NCBI GenBank assembly: GCA_965242725.1
Contig: CBDESZ010000025.1
Coordinates: forward strand, 380,774-444,773
Direction: 5' to 3'
Origin: Alkalispirochaeta sp.
GTDB lineage: Bacteria; Spirochaetota; Spirochaetia; DSM-27196; Alkalispirochaetaceae
DNA length: 64,000 nucleotides
The notes under the pieces were generated by a model. That model worked only from the letters and a program-made list of their open reading frames with translations, did no database searches and had not been told where the DNA came from. Shown here one piece after another: positions 19,978-29,177 of the stretch; position 1 is the first letter of the stretch, and every line of letters begins with the position of its first letter. A program made the translations under genes and the position numbers.

Positions 19978-20391
19978 ATGTACCAGATTTACTTTCTCTC
20001 AATCCTGACTAACATTCTCGCCGGAATCGCTTTGGGATTTGACAGGATGGACGCACGACTGCGATTGCACTCCGTCTTCAATCCCGAGTTGTTTCAACAC
20101 AACGGATTTCGTCTCGCTCTCGGTATTATCACCTTCCTGGTCGGGTTCCTGAAACTGCTTTCAGTTTCGCCGGGAGATGTCGCCGTCGTGGGTGATCTGT
20201 TGCCCGCTGTCGCCGGACTTCTCATGGGTTTCTCTCTCGCATTCCAGTATTATCAGGAACGGACGGAAGTCAAAAGCTCCACTTCAGAGACGCTGAACCG
20301 TATCTTTGGACGCCACAACGCAACGCTCGGCATGGTCGGACTTCTTGTCGGGGTCGTCCACTTTTTTCTGCATCGGGTATTGTTTCTCTGA
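19978..20391 (+). CDS. Hypothetical 4-TM membrane protein
   Basis: Hydrophobic ORF with VGDLLPA motif and HFFLHRVLFL end. Confidence 0.75.
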   Translation: MYQIYFLSILTNILAGIALGFDRMDARLRLHSVFNPELFQHNGFRLALGIITFLVGFLKLLSVSPGDVAVVGDLLPAVAGLLMGFSLAFQYYQERTEVKSSTSETLNRIFGRHNATLGMVGLLVGVVHFFLHRVLFL

Positions 20392-20402
20392 ATCAGTAGA
20401 TT

Positions 20403-20837
20403 GTGAGCATAATTTATCGCGAAGACCGTATCGTAACGACCGCCGGAGTGGCATACAGCTCCGGACGGTTTTTTTTGGCCCGTCGGGAAGCCGGCGGTGC
20501 GCAGTCACGGAAATGGGAGTTTCCAGGCGGAAAGTGTGATGAAGGCGACGGCAACGAGCGCGCCTGTCTCGCCAGAGAGTACATGGAAGAACTGGGCGTT
20601 TCCGTGGAAGTCGGTGCGGAGATCGGAAGTGTTCCCTTTGAGCACAAAGGCATTCGGTACATTCTTGTTGCATATGAAATCACCCTCCTGGATGAGCCGA
20701 AAACGTTGAGCGTCCACAGTGAGGCAGGATGGTTTCTTCCGGAAGAGCTTGAGAATCTTGATCTTGCGGACTCGGATCGTCTGCTCGTTGAACGGTATTT
20801 CCCCCATGTGTCGGGTGGCGAGGCACGGCGACGGTGA
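20403..20837 (+). CDS. NUDIX hydrolase, MutT/NudG-like
   Basis: WEFPGGK..EG...RACLAREYMEELG. Confidence 0.9.
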   Translation: MSIIYREDRIVTTAGVAYSSGRFFLARREAGGAQSRKWEFPGGKCDEGDGNERACLAREYMEELGVSVEVGAEIGSVPFEHKGIRYILVAYEITLLDEPKTLSVHSEAGWFLPEELENLDLADSDRLLVERYFPHVSGGEARRR

Positions 20838-21580
20838 TCCTCGGGACCGACACATTCAACGCAGTCGCTCCGACGGTGCAGGCAGGCGTGATCCTTCGAC
20901 AGCAGCCCGTCGGTAATGGATACGGTTTTTCCCTCGTTCCCGGCGGCCTCTATTCCCGGCGGGAAACACAGCTGAACCGGAAGATAACGGCCCTCTTTCT
21001 GAATCGTCGGATCGATGATTTCAGGTGCATACACCAAATTCACGGAAGCTCGGTCGTGTATCGCGACGGCGGCGCCGTCGACGGGCAACACATTCCGACG
21101 GCGGATGCGCAGTGGACGGATCGCCCCGATCTGGTACTCATGGTGATGGTCGCCGACTGCTGTCCCGTCGTGGTGGCGAGTCCCTCCGCGCGGTGTGTCG
21201 GCATCGCTCACGCGGGGTGGCGCGGCGTACGGTCGCGGATCGTTACGGAACTTGTCGGAGAGATGCGATCCGCCTGTGCGGGCAATGAAGAGCTGCGGCT
21301 GTGGATAGGACCGTGCGCCGAGGGAGCGCGCTACGAGGTTGATGCCGAGTTTCTGGAGTACTTTTCCCACGTACCTGAAGCGTTTCAGCCCCATCCGGAG
21401 AATCCGGACAAGAAGCTCTTTGACATACGACAGGTTCTCTACCGTGAAATTCGTGCCGCCGGTATACCATCCTCTGCGATCGAGGTAAGCCCGGGAGGGA
21501 CGATCGGTGATCGTCGGTACCACTCCCACCGGCGCGACGGATTTGCCGCCGGACGCATGACCGCCTACGTTACGATGTGA
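20834..21580 (+). CDS. pgeF: YfiH/PgeF-family purine nucleoside phosphorylase / polyphenol oxidase-like protein
   Basis: HQIHG, ADCCPV, HAGWRG, WIGP, YHSHRR. Confidence 0.9.
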   Translation: MILGTDTFNAVAPTVQAGVILRQQPVGNGYGFSLVPGGLYSRRETQLNRKITALFLNRRIDDFRCIHQIHGSSVVYRDGGAVDGQHIPTADAQWTDRPDLVLMVMVADCCPVVVASPSARCVGIAHAGWRGVRSRIVTELVGEMRSACAGNEELRLWIGPCAEGARYEVDAEFLEYFSHVPEAFQPHPENPDKKLFDIRQVLYREIRAAGIPSSAIEVSPGGTIGDRRYHSHRRDGFAAGRMTAYVTM

Positions 21581-21647
21581 CCTGCCGCCGATATTCTGTT
21601 GGACGATGAAGGCCGGAATTATTACTTTGTGTCCTAAGGAGTACAGC

Positions 21648-22214
21648 ATGGCAGATATCATCCCTGAAATTCAAAAACGAAGAGCAAAACGCGCATATAG
21701 CGACAAGGCGGTGGACGAGACGACATTACGGCGCATCTTTACCGCCGGTACAATGCTGCCGAGCTGCAGCAACAAGCAGCCGTGGCGCTTCCTCATCTGT
21801 TCCCGGGAGGAAGGCCTTGAGAAAGCGAGAGAAGCGCTGAACGGCGGTAACTACTGGGCACGGGTCGCTCCGGTCCTCGTGGTTGTTACCACACGGGACG
21901 AGTTTGACTGTCGGCTCAGCGACGACCGTAACTACGCCCAGTTTGACACGGGTATGGCCGTTGCGGGAATTCTCCTGCAGGCGACACGGGAGGGACTGTA
22001 TGCCCACCCGATGGCAGGCTTTGACCCCGCAAAAATACGGGAAAACTTCGGCATAGAAGACGAAACGAGAGTCATTACAATGATAGCCATCGGACATCCC
22101 GGTGACGGGAAAAACCTCAATGAAAAGCACGCCGAATCCGAGGCTTCCGAGCGCAGCCGCAAGGATATTGATGAAGTCATTCAATGGAACAGCTGGAAAA
22201 ACCTCGATTCCTAG
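21648..22214 (+). CDS. Nitroreductase-family protein
   Basis: RRAKRAY, PSCSNKQPWRF, FDTGMA, HPMAGFD; RBS AAGGAG. Confidence 0.92.
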   Translation: MADIIPEIQKRRAKRAYSDKAVDETTLRRIFTAGTMLPSCSNKQPWRFLICSREEGLEKAREALNGGNYWARVAPVLVVVTTRDEFDCRLSDDRNYAQFDTGMAVAGILLQATREGLYAHPMAGFDPAKIRENFGIEDETRVITMIAIGHPGDGKNLNEKHAESEASERSRKDIDEVIQWNSWKNLDS

Positions 22215-22229
22215 GAAGAGCGCGGTAAC

Positions 22230-23366
22230 TCAGAGGCCAAGGCCGAGCCGATGGGCGACGGCCTTGGCGTATTCTACAAGGCCGTAGTGGTCATTGAGGC
22301 GGGTGTGTTCCCACGCGGTAAGGCAGTGAAGTTCCTCGTCACACCTGTCGCTGAGGGCCGTTGCGAGATGAATGGCGTCGTCGACGGCCTTGGCCGTTCC
22401 CGATCCGATGTGGGGGCGCGCCAGGCTCGCGGCGTCGCCGATGAGGACGACCTTGCCGAAGACGAGGCGCGGAATGGTGAGGTCTTCGATCTTCTGAATA
22501 AACGGAAGGGGCGTCTTGAGGACCACCTCCGCAAAGGGCGGAGAGAGCTCTTCCGCAGCGCGACGTTCCATGTACTGCCGCGTTTCCGGGGTCATCAGGT
22601 TGCGTCCCACCGTCGCCCGGTGTTCATACCCTTCCGTATCGGTCATAAGCCGGGAGAGACGGGGTCCTGCGGGAATGTTCTCGTACCATACCCAGTTGAT
22701 CCGGCGTCGTCCCGATTTAACGGAACCCGTTTCGCCGGGGACCTCATAGACGACGATCGTCGTTTCTCGACCCTCAAAGATGTTGAGGGCGCCGCTTATC
22801 GTCTCTATCGTTTCGGCTGATACCATTCCCTCGTCGATCATGCCGCGCCACGCGACGTAGCCGGCGTAGGTGGGTGCGATTCCGGGGAGGAGCAGCCTCC
22901 GTGAAAGCGATCCGATCCCGTCGGCGGCGATCACGACGTCTCCATGATCGGTCGTACCGTCACTCAACTCTACAACGCCGGGAGCACCCCAGTCGGGAAT
23001 ATCGATCATAGCCAGACCCCGATCGATATTTTCCGGACCGACGACGGACTCAAGCTCCCTGAGGAGAACGTCCCAGGAAGTATATGCCGCCGCCGTTTCC
23101 GGCATCTGCGCCACCTCGCCGTTCTTGCGGTATATCCGTCGCATTGTCGCGGGTATGCTTGCGATTCCGGGAAACGCGACGCCGTGTTTTTCCAGGTACT
23201 CAAGCATGCGGCGCTGAACGACCACACCGCCGCCGCTGCGGGAGGGTTCGGTCGCCTTCTCTATGACGCGTACCTTCCAGTCCTGGCACGAGAGTCCCGC
23301 CGCCGCTACCAGTCCCGCATATGATGCCCCAATGATAATCGCCCGTCTCGGAGAACTGCTCGTCAT
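22230..23366 (-). CDS. FAD-dependent monooxygenase (2,6-dihydroxypyridine hydroxylase-like)
   Basis: IIGASYAG, ADGIGS, YAGYVAWRG, NWVWY, GDAASLARPHIGSGTAKA. Confidence 0.88.
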   Translation of the reverse strand: MTSSSPRRAIIIGASYAGLVAAAGLSCQDWKVRVIEKATEPSRSGGGVVVQRRMLEYLEKHGVAFPGIASIPATMRRIYRKNGEVAQMPETAAAYTSWDVLLRELESVVGPENIDRGLAMIDIPDWGAPGVVELSDGTTDHGDVVIAADGIGSLSRRLLLPGIAPTYAGYVAWRGMIDEGMVSAETIETISGALNIFEGRETTIVVYEVPGETGSVKSGRRRINWVWYENIPAGPRLSRLMTDTEGYEHRATVGRNLMTPETRQYMERRAAEELSPPFAEVVLKTPLPFIQKIEDLTIPRLVFGKVVLIGDAASLARPHIGSGTAKAVDDAIHLATALSDRCDEELHCLTAWEHTRLNDHYGLVEYAKAVAHRLGLGL

Positions 23367-23424
23367 AGGTTGAGAATAGCTCCTCTCCCTTTGCAGGTAA
23401 AGAAGGTGCGTATACACTGTCTTC

Positions 23425-23766
23425 ATGACACCGCAAATCATCGGAACGAAAAAGTCCGCCGGTTTTCGCTCATGCGTTCGCTTTTGCCAGGAACGGGGTA
23501 TCTCCTTTCAGACCCGGGACCCCTTTGACGCCCCCCTGGCGGACGGAGAATTGGAATCGATTCTGCTGAGCGGAGGGGTGCGTCCTGACGACCTCATCGA
23601 CAAGGAAGGGAAAACGTACAGCAAACGGGGTATGGCGTGGATGGAATATGATCCCATCGAGGAAATTCGGGCCGATCCGGCGCTTCTCCGACAGCCCATC
23701 ATACGTACCGACCGGGGAACGGTCATAGAGCCGGATCAGAGCGATCTGGAACGGCTCCTTGCATGA
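23425..23766 (+). CDS. ArsC/Spx-family protein (degenerate CxxC)
   Basis: QIIGTKKS...RFCQERGI...DPALLRQPIIR. Confidence 0.75.
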   Translation: MTPQIIGTKKSAGFRSCVRFCQERGISFQTRDPFDAPLADGELESILLSGGVRPDDLIDKEGKTYSKRGMAWMEYDPIEEIRADPALLRQPIIRTDRGTVIEPDQSDLERLLA

Positions 23767-23788
23767 TCAGAGGGGAGAACGCAAAAGG

Positions 23789-24067
23789 ATGAGCACCTTA
23801 CACGATCTGCGCGCCGAAATCGATCGTCTTGACGCTGCCCTTGTGTATATCGTGGCGCAGCGCTTTCATTGCACCGAAATGGTCGGGGAGATAAAACGGG
23901 ATCACCGGCTCCCGACCTATGACGGGGATCGGGAGGAACGGCAGAAAGCGCGTCTGAGGCGACTTGCAGAAGATGCGGATATTTCCTACTCGATAATCGA
24001 AGACCTTTTTGAAACGATTACGGATCGGGTCAAAGCGCGACACGATCAGTTGAAGAAAATGGAGTGA
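23789..24067 (+). CDS. Chorismate mutase (AroQ type)
   Basis: LRAEIDRLDAALV..VAQRF..TEMVGEIK...D.DRE. Confidence 0.88.
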   Translation: MSTLHDLRAEIDRLDAALVYIVAQRFHCTEMVGEIKRDHRLPTYDGDREERQKARLRRLAEDADISYSIIEDLFETITDRVKARHDQLKKME

Positions 24068-24093
24068 TCGAGCCGGGACGGCGGTGGGGGCGG

Positions 24094-24654
24094 TTATACG
24101 CTCTCTTCCTCCCTGGTAAACTCAGTCTCGTCTTCCGGGTTTTCCGGTTTATTGGCCCGAATCAGTTCTCCCAGGGGATCGGGAGTATCAACATACTCCC
24201 TGATACGGAAGTACATGGGGTTATCCTTGCGTTCTGCCGAATCGGGGGCGCTGTCGCTCTGAAAATCGTGAAAGTTCTGCAGCTCTCCGTAGAGGCGGGA
24301 AAACCGGTCGTGCCATCGGAGCGCTTCCTCCTGATGCTGATGGAGGTAATCGAGAAGTTCCGCCCGGTCCACCGAGGTGATACGCGTCTCGGCGTCGCGG
24401 TAGCTGTCGTGGATGCCCACAAGCAGGGTGTGCCATATGGCGAAAAATACGTCCTGATTTGAAGCGTTGCAACGGGGACAATAGAGTTGCTCCCGGACGA
24501 TGCCGTTCAATATGGGAGAACCGGACACAACATCGCCTACGCGATATTCCCGCAAACCCGGGTCGAATACTTTTGTCTGGACCTCCCCTATGGAAGCGCC
24601 GCAGCTGGTACATGTACAGGGAGGGTTGATGTAGACGGTATCAAATATGCCCAT
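24094..24654 (-). CDS. Hypothetical protein with two CxxC pairs (putative Zn ribbon)
   Basis: MGIFDTV...CTSC...QTK...YRVGD...CPRC. Confidence 0.7.
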   Translation of the reverse strand: MGIFDTVYINPPCTCTSCGASIGEVQTKVFDPGLREYRVGDVVSGSPILNGIVREQLYCPRCNASNQDVFFAIWHTLLVGIHDSYRDAETRITSVDRAELLDYLHQHQEEALRWHDRFSRLYGELQNFHDFQSDSAPDSAERKDNPMYFRIREYVDTPDPLGELIRANKPENPEDETEFTREEESV

Positions 24655-24751
24655 GCAGCTATGGTAGTATCCTTCCGTGATGAGCGCAAGATAGCGAACC
24701 CGGGAGGCAGACCTTTTGTCCAGGCGGCGGTACAATGTGTGTGGAGGAATG

Positions 24752-25684
24752 ATGGCCAGACATTCGGTGATAATCGATACCGACCCGGGAATTGACGATG
24801 CCATGGCGATTTTCTACGCCCTGTCGTCACCGGAAATCGACGTCCTGGGACTTACCACGGTATACGGAAACGTGGCGGTTGACCTGTCGACGGAGAATGC
24901 CCTGAGGGTTCTGGAGGTCGCCGGCGCGCCGGATATCCCGGTCACCCGGGGCGCCGCCCGCCCACTTTCGCGACCGTATCGCGGTCCGGCCGATTTTGTT
25001 CACGGCAGAGACGGCCGGGGCGAGGTACACCTCCCGCCGCCGACGGTGAAACCGAAGGCGCAACGTGCGACGGAGTTCATTATAGAGACGATCGCGTCAC
25101 GACCGGGTGACGTAACTCTGGTCACACTTGGACCGCTCACCAACCTCGCTCTTGTGCTCCTTGAACGCCCGGAAACGGCGTACCAGGTCAGGGAGGTCGT
25201 TGCGATGGGAGGGAATGTCCATGTTCCGGGCAATGCCTCTGCGGCGGGGGAAGCAAATATCCTCAATGATCCGGAAGCGGCGGATCTGGTCCTCTCCGCT
25301 CCATGGCCGGTGACCCTCTGCGGTCTCGATGTGACCCATAGAATCACGATGTCACCGGAGGACCTTGAGCGTATATATCGCGTGGACAATGCGATCTGCC
25401 GGTATCTGTCAAAAATCGTTCCCTTTTACCACGCCTTTTATCAAGCCCATACGGGCGGGAGCGGAATATATGTGCACGACTCGACGACGATTTCCTATCT
25501 GCTGCACCCTCAGATTTTTTCAGTAGAAAAGGTTCCCGTTCGGGTGGATACTTCCGATGGTATCGGCCGGGGAAAGACGTGGCCTTCGAAGGACGGTGAG
25601 CGGCCGGAGGTTACCGTGTGTATCGACGTAGACGGACGCGCGGCGGTGGAATATGAATTAGCCGCCCTTGATCGGAGGGAGTGA
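24752..25684 (+). CDS. Inosine/uridine-preferring nucleoside hydrolase
   Basis: DTDPGIDDA, HGRDG, LGPLTNLA, EANILNDPEAA, VHD. Confidence 0.95.
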   Translation: MARHSVIIDTDPGIDDAMAIFYALSSPEIDVLGLTTVYGNVAVDLSTENALRVLEVAGAPDIPVTRGAARPLSRPYRGPADFVHGRDGRGEVHLPPPTVKPKAQRATEFIIETIASRPGDVTLVTLGPLTNLALVLLERPETAYQVREVVAMGGNVHVPGNASAAGEANILNDPEAADLVLSAPWPVTLCGLDVTHRITMSPEDLERIYRVDNAICRYLSKIVPFYHAFYQAHTGGSGIYVHDSTTISYLLHPQIFSVEKVPVRVDTSDGIGRGKTWPSKDGERPEVTVCIDVDGRAAVEYELAALDRRE

Positions 25685-25771
25685 CGGGGAGTCTTGTAAC
25701 GACGTGTGCGGTGCGTGACGCCTGCTGTCCACAACCGTGCGGGTGGTGTGGGACGGCCCGGTAGCGGCGGG

Positions 25772-26611
25772 TCACCTTCCATCCGTATGACCCACGTTAC
25801 GGCCCTTCCGCTGTATGATGTTCTGGAGTTCCCGATGGAGCGGCGCAGGGGCGGTGCACCACGTATAGGGCCGGCGCCAGCGTTCATTGTCAACCGGAAA
25901 CGTGACGGGTTCACCGAAAAAACCGGTGTAGATACCGCCCGCCTCCTCGATGATGAGGGCGGGCGCGACGTTGTCCCAGATCATGCTTGATCGGTTGACG
26001 CATCCGCCGTAGGCACCGCAGGCGACCATCATCTGGTCGAAGACGCTGTTGCTGCTTCGCACGTTGCGACAGGAGAGGACGATATCGGCGAGGAGGGCCG
26101 TTTCGCCGTAGGTGAGTTCCGGTTCTTCCCGATGGCTGTCCATGCCGAAGGCCACCAGTGTGGAAAGGAGAGACCGCTCACGGCTGACTGAGATCCTCTC
26201 GCCGTTCCGGAACGCACCGCACCCCCGTTCTGCGATGTAGAGCTCTTCAAGTGCCGGCAAAATGACACCGGCGGCAATGGGTGTTTCCCCCTGGAGCAGA
26301 CCCATCATGATTCCGAAGAACGGTGTTCCGGCGGCGAAATTGCTTGTGCCGTCGATGGGGTCGATAACCCAGGTATAGACGGGACTGTCGCCGTCCCTCC
26401 CCGGCGTGTAGCCCTCCTCCTCGTCGATGATTCCGTGGGCGGGGTAGTGAAGGTGAATGCGCCGTGCCACTTCCCGGCCCACCGCGAGGTCCGCCTCCGT
26501 CAGCACCTGATTGGGGTCTCCCCCCTTCAACGACGGGGATACCGCACCGAAATAGTCATTTGCAATCACGGACGCCGCCTGCAGCGTTTTCTCTATGAAC
26601 TGCCGGTACAT
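25772..26611 (-). CDS. Inositol monophosphatase-family protein
   Basis: LTEAD, DEE, WVIDPIDGTSNF, WDNVAPALIIEEAGG. Confidence 0.93.
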   Translation of the reverse strand: MYRQFIEKTLQAASVIANDYFGAVSPSLKGGDPNQVLTEADLAVGREVARRIHLHYPAHGIIDEEEGYTPGRDGDSPVYTWVIDPIDGTSNFAAGTPFFGIMMGLLQGETPIAAGVILPALEELYIAERGCGAFRNGERISVSRERSLLSTLVAFGMDSHREEPELTYGETALLADIVLSCRNVRSSNSVFDQMMVACGAYGGCVNRSSMIWDNVAPALIIEEAGGIYTGFFGEPVTFPVDNERWRRPYTWCTAPAPLHRELQNIIQRKGRNVGHTDGR

Positions 26612-26642
26612 AAAGTCTCCTCTCGCCCTTCTATTGACGCGT

Positions 26643-27281
26643 CTATGGGCAGCTCAGACCCGTTACGGGAATGCGGGGATAGTGCCGCCGGAGATCTTCC
26701 GCCAGTGTTGCCGGATCGACAAAGGGGAGGGCGTGAAATCCAGCCTCCCTGGCGCCTTCGACGTTGTGGATCAAGTCGTCAATAAAGAGAATCTCCCCGG
26801 GGGGCACTGCCATCTCTTCCCGGGCCCTCATGAAAATACGCTTGTCCGGTTTGTTGATGCCGATCCACCCCGAGAGGACGACCGTTTCAAAGTAGTCCGG
26901 AAGAACGCTGTGTCTGATGATGAGGTCGTAGGTCTCCGCCGCCATATTGGAAATGATGAGACGACGGTATCCTTCTTTCCGCAGCGCCGAAATCCATCGC
27001 ACCATGGCGGGTCTGATTGAAGACCAGCCGACTCCGTCGAGATGCATCAGGACGTCAAATGTCTCCTGATCTATACGGCGGCCGCAGTGGGCGAGGACCT
27101 TCCCCCAATAGCCGTGAGCGTCCAGCTCTCCCGAGTCATAGGAGTTGCGAAACTTCCAGAGCCCCTCGATAAAGAGTTCCCTGGGGGCACCGGCCGCCTC
27201 CGCCATGTGGCAAAGAAAGATGTCGTCAATTTTGGTGACGAGAACGCCGCCGAAGTCGAATGCGATTGTTGTAATGTCCAT
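26643..27281 (-). CDS. HAD-family phosphatase (YihX-like)
   Basis: FDFGGVL, ISN, KPD..IF, FIDD...NVEGA. Confidence 0.92.
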   Translation of the reverse strand: MDITTIAFDFGGVLVTKIDDIFLCHMAEAAGAPRELFIEGLWKFRNSYDSGELDAHGYWGKVLAHCGRRIDQETFDVLMHLDGVGWSSIRPAMVRWISALRKEGYRRLIISNMAAETYDLIIRHSVLPDYFETVVLSGWIGINKPDKRIFMRAREEMAVPPGEILFIDDLIHNVEGAREAGFHALPFVDPATLAEDLRRHYPRIPVTGLSCP

Positions 27282-27292
27282 ATGGTGTACTC

Positions 27293-29164
27293 CTACATCG
27301 TGATGCCCGACGATCCGTCCCAACGGACGAATCCCTCTATCGCTTCATATTCGGCAAGACCCAGCCGGTCATAGAGTCGCGCCGTCTCCGCGTTCCGCGC
27401 CTCCGAGCGCTGCCAGAATTCTCTCGTATCGGCCCCGGGAAAGAGGGCGCGGTCCTTCTGGGATTCATGTTTAAAAATGGCGATCCGTTTGCGTTCAACT
27501 TCCTGCGGACTCAAGGGGACGGCCATTTCGATCTCATCGACGGGCCACTCCTGCCATGCGCCGCGATAGAGCCAGACGACACAGTCCGTATACCACGGTT
27601 CGTCGGTGCATTCCCGCAGCGCCTGCAGAAGAATGCTCAGACACGTCCTGTGTGTTCCGTGGGGATCGGACAGGTCGCCCGCTGCGTAAATCTGATGAGG
27701 ACGGAGGGAGCGAAGCAGTGCCGCAGTCTCGGCGATGTCGGCGGTAGAAATCGGCTTCTTCCTGATACGACCGGTCCGGTAAAAGGGGAGATCCTGAAAA
27801 TGGAGCCGTTCCTCGGGAACACCGCAGCACCGTGCGGCGGCACGCGCCTCATTGCGGCGGATCAGTCCCTTGATCTCCCGGACATACTCGCTGTCCACCT
27901 CTCCGGGTTCCTTGTTGCGGAGAAAGCGATCGACGTGGGCGTCGATATCGGCAACTCTGGAACTGCGGACGTCAAACTGGTCGCAGAACTCTTTGACGAA
28001 ATCGGAATAGCGAAGTGCATCCTCGTCGAAGACGGCGATATTGCCCGATGTCTGGTACGCGATATGTACCTCATGGCCGTGGTCGGCAAGCCGTATCAGG
28101 GTGCCGCCCATGGAGATCACGTCGTCGTCGGGGTGGGGAGAGAAGACGACGACCCGCTTTGGAAATACCTCACCCGACGTCTCCGGTTTCCCTCCGGGCC
28201 AGCCGGTTATGGTGGACTGAAAGTGGCGGAAGACTCTGATGTTGATATCATAGGCGCTCCCGCGGGTATAAAGCAGCTCCTGAAGGCCACCTTCGTTGTA
28301 ATCCTCCTCGGTGAGTTTCAATATCGCCTTGCCCGTGGATGATGCAAGCATTCGTACGGCGCGACGGGCGATCGTATCGGTCCACTCCACGGTCCCGCAT
28401 TTCCAGGGTGTGCGATACTCGCAGAGTCGTCCGGCCGCCGATTCATCCATGACGAGCGTTGCATCAGGGTGATTCCGCAGGTGAGAGGCGGGAGTCTGGA
28501 CATCCTCGGGTTCTTCAAGGATACGTGCCGCAATGTCCGCCCGGTCTTCACCAAGGGCGATGACCACTATTTTTCGCGCTTCCAGGATGGTTGCGATACC
28601 GACGGTCAGAGCGCGACGGGGTACATTTTCAGTTCCGAAGAAATCTGCGGCAAGGGAGTAGCGCCGTTTTCGGTCAATATTGACGAGGCGTGTCCTGCCG
28701 GTCGGATCGGTACCGTATCCATTGAATCCGATGTGTCCGGTGTGGGAGATGCCGGGAAGGGCGATGTCAATTCCTCCCGCGGCGGAGATCTTCTCTTCAT
28801 AGTCACGACAATACCGGGATGCTTCCTCCACGGCGACCGTTCCGTCAAGGAGATGAAGGTTTGCCCGGGGCAGGTCGAGGTGATCCGTAAGGAGCTCCCT
28901 GATTTCTCTGGACTGGCTTTGCACTTCGTTCTCCGCCATGGGGAGATACTGATCGAGGCTGAAGATGTGGACGTTCTGAAACGAAAGTTTTTCCTCGTGA
29001 TGAATGCGGATCAGTTCGCGCCACACCCCTGTCCAGGCGGTGTCAGTCGAAAGGGCGAGCACGCATTTCCCTTTTTCCCCGTTCCGGGAGGTGATCGCCC
29101 CGGCGATTTCGCGCGCCGCGTTGCGTTCCGCCTCAGCGACGCCGGGAAAGACAGTTTTCCTCAT
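27293..29164 (-). CDS. nagB: Long-form glucosamine-6-phosphate deaminase (NagB-II): degenerate NagB domain plus PIG-L deacetylase domain
   Basis: GHIGFN, LVNID, ALTVGIATI; C-terminal FSPHPDDDVISMGG, DPHGTH, HESQKD. Confidence 0.85.
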   Translation of the reverse strand: MRKTVFPGVAEAERNAAREIAGAITSRNGEKGKCVLALSTDTAWTGVWRELIRIHHEEKLSFQNVHIFSLDQYLPMAENEVQSQSREIRELLTDHLDLPRANLHLLDGTVAVEEASRYCRDYEEKISAAGGIDIALPGISHTGHIGFNGYGTDPTGRTRLVNIDRKRRYSLAADFFGTENVPRRALTVGIATILEARKIVVIALGEDRADIAARILEEPEDVQTPASHLRNHPDATLVMDESAAGRLCEYRTPWKCGTVEWTDTIARRAVRMLASSTGKAILKLTEEDYNEGGLQELLYTRGSAYDINIRVFRHFQSTITGWPGGKPETSGEVFPKRVVVFSPHPDDDVISMGGTLIRLADHGHEVHIAYQTSGNIAVFDEDALRYSDFVKEFCDQFDVRSSRVADIDAHVDRFLRNKEPGEVDSEYVREIKGLIRRNEARAAARCCGVPEERLHFQDLPFYRTGRIRKKPISTADIAETAALLRSLRPHQIYAAGDLSDPHGTHRTCLSILLQALRECTDEPWYTDCVVWLYRGAWQEWPVDEIEMAVPLSPQEVERKRIAIFKHESQKDRALFPGADTREFWQRSEARNAETARLYDRLGLAEYEAIEGFVRWDGSSGITM

Positions 29165-29177
29165 TGCATATCCACCG

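Noticed and set aside
21587..21594. Perfect sigma28 -10 box GCCGATAT upstream of the nitroreductase
   Set aside because: No TAAA/TCAA-like -35 at 15-16 bp spacing
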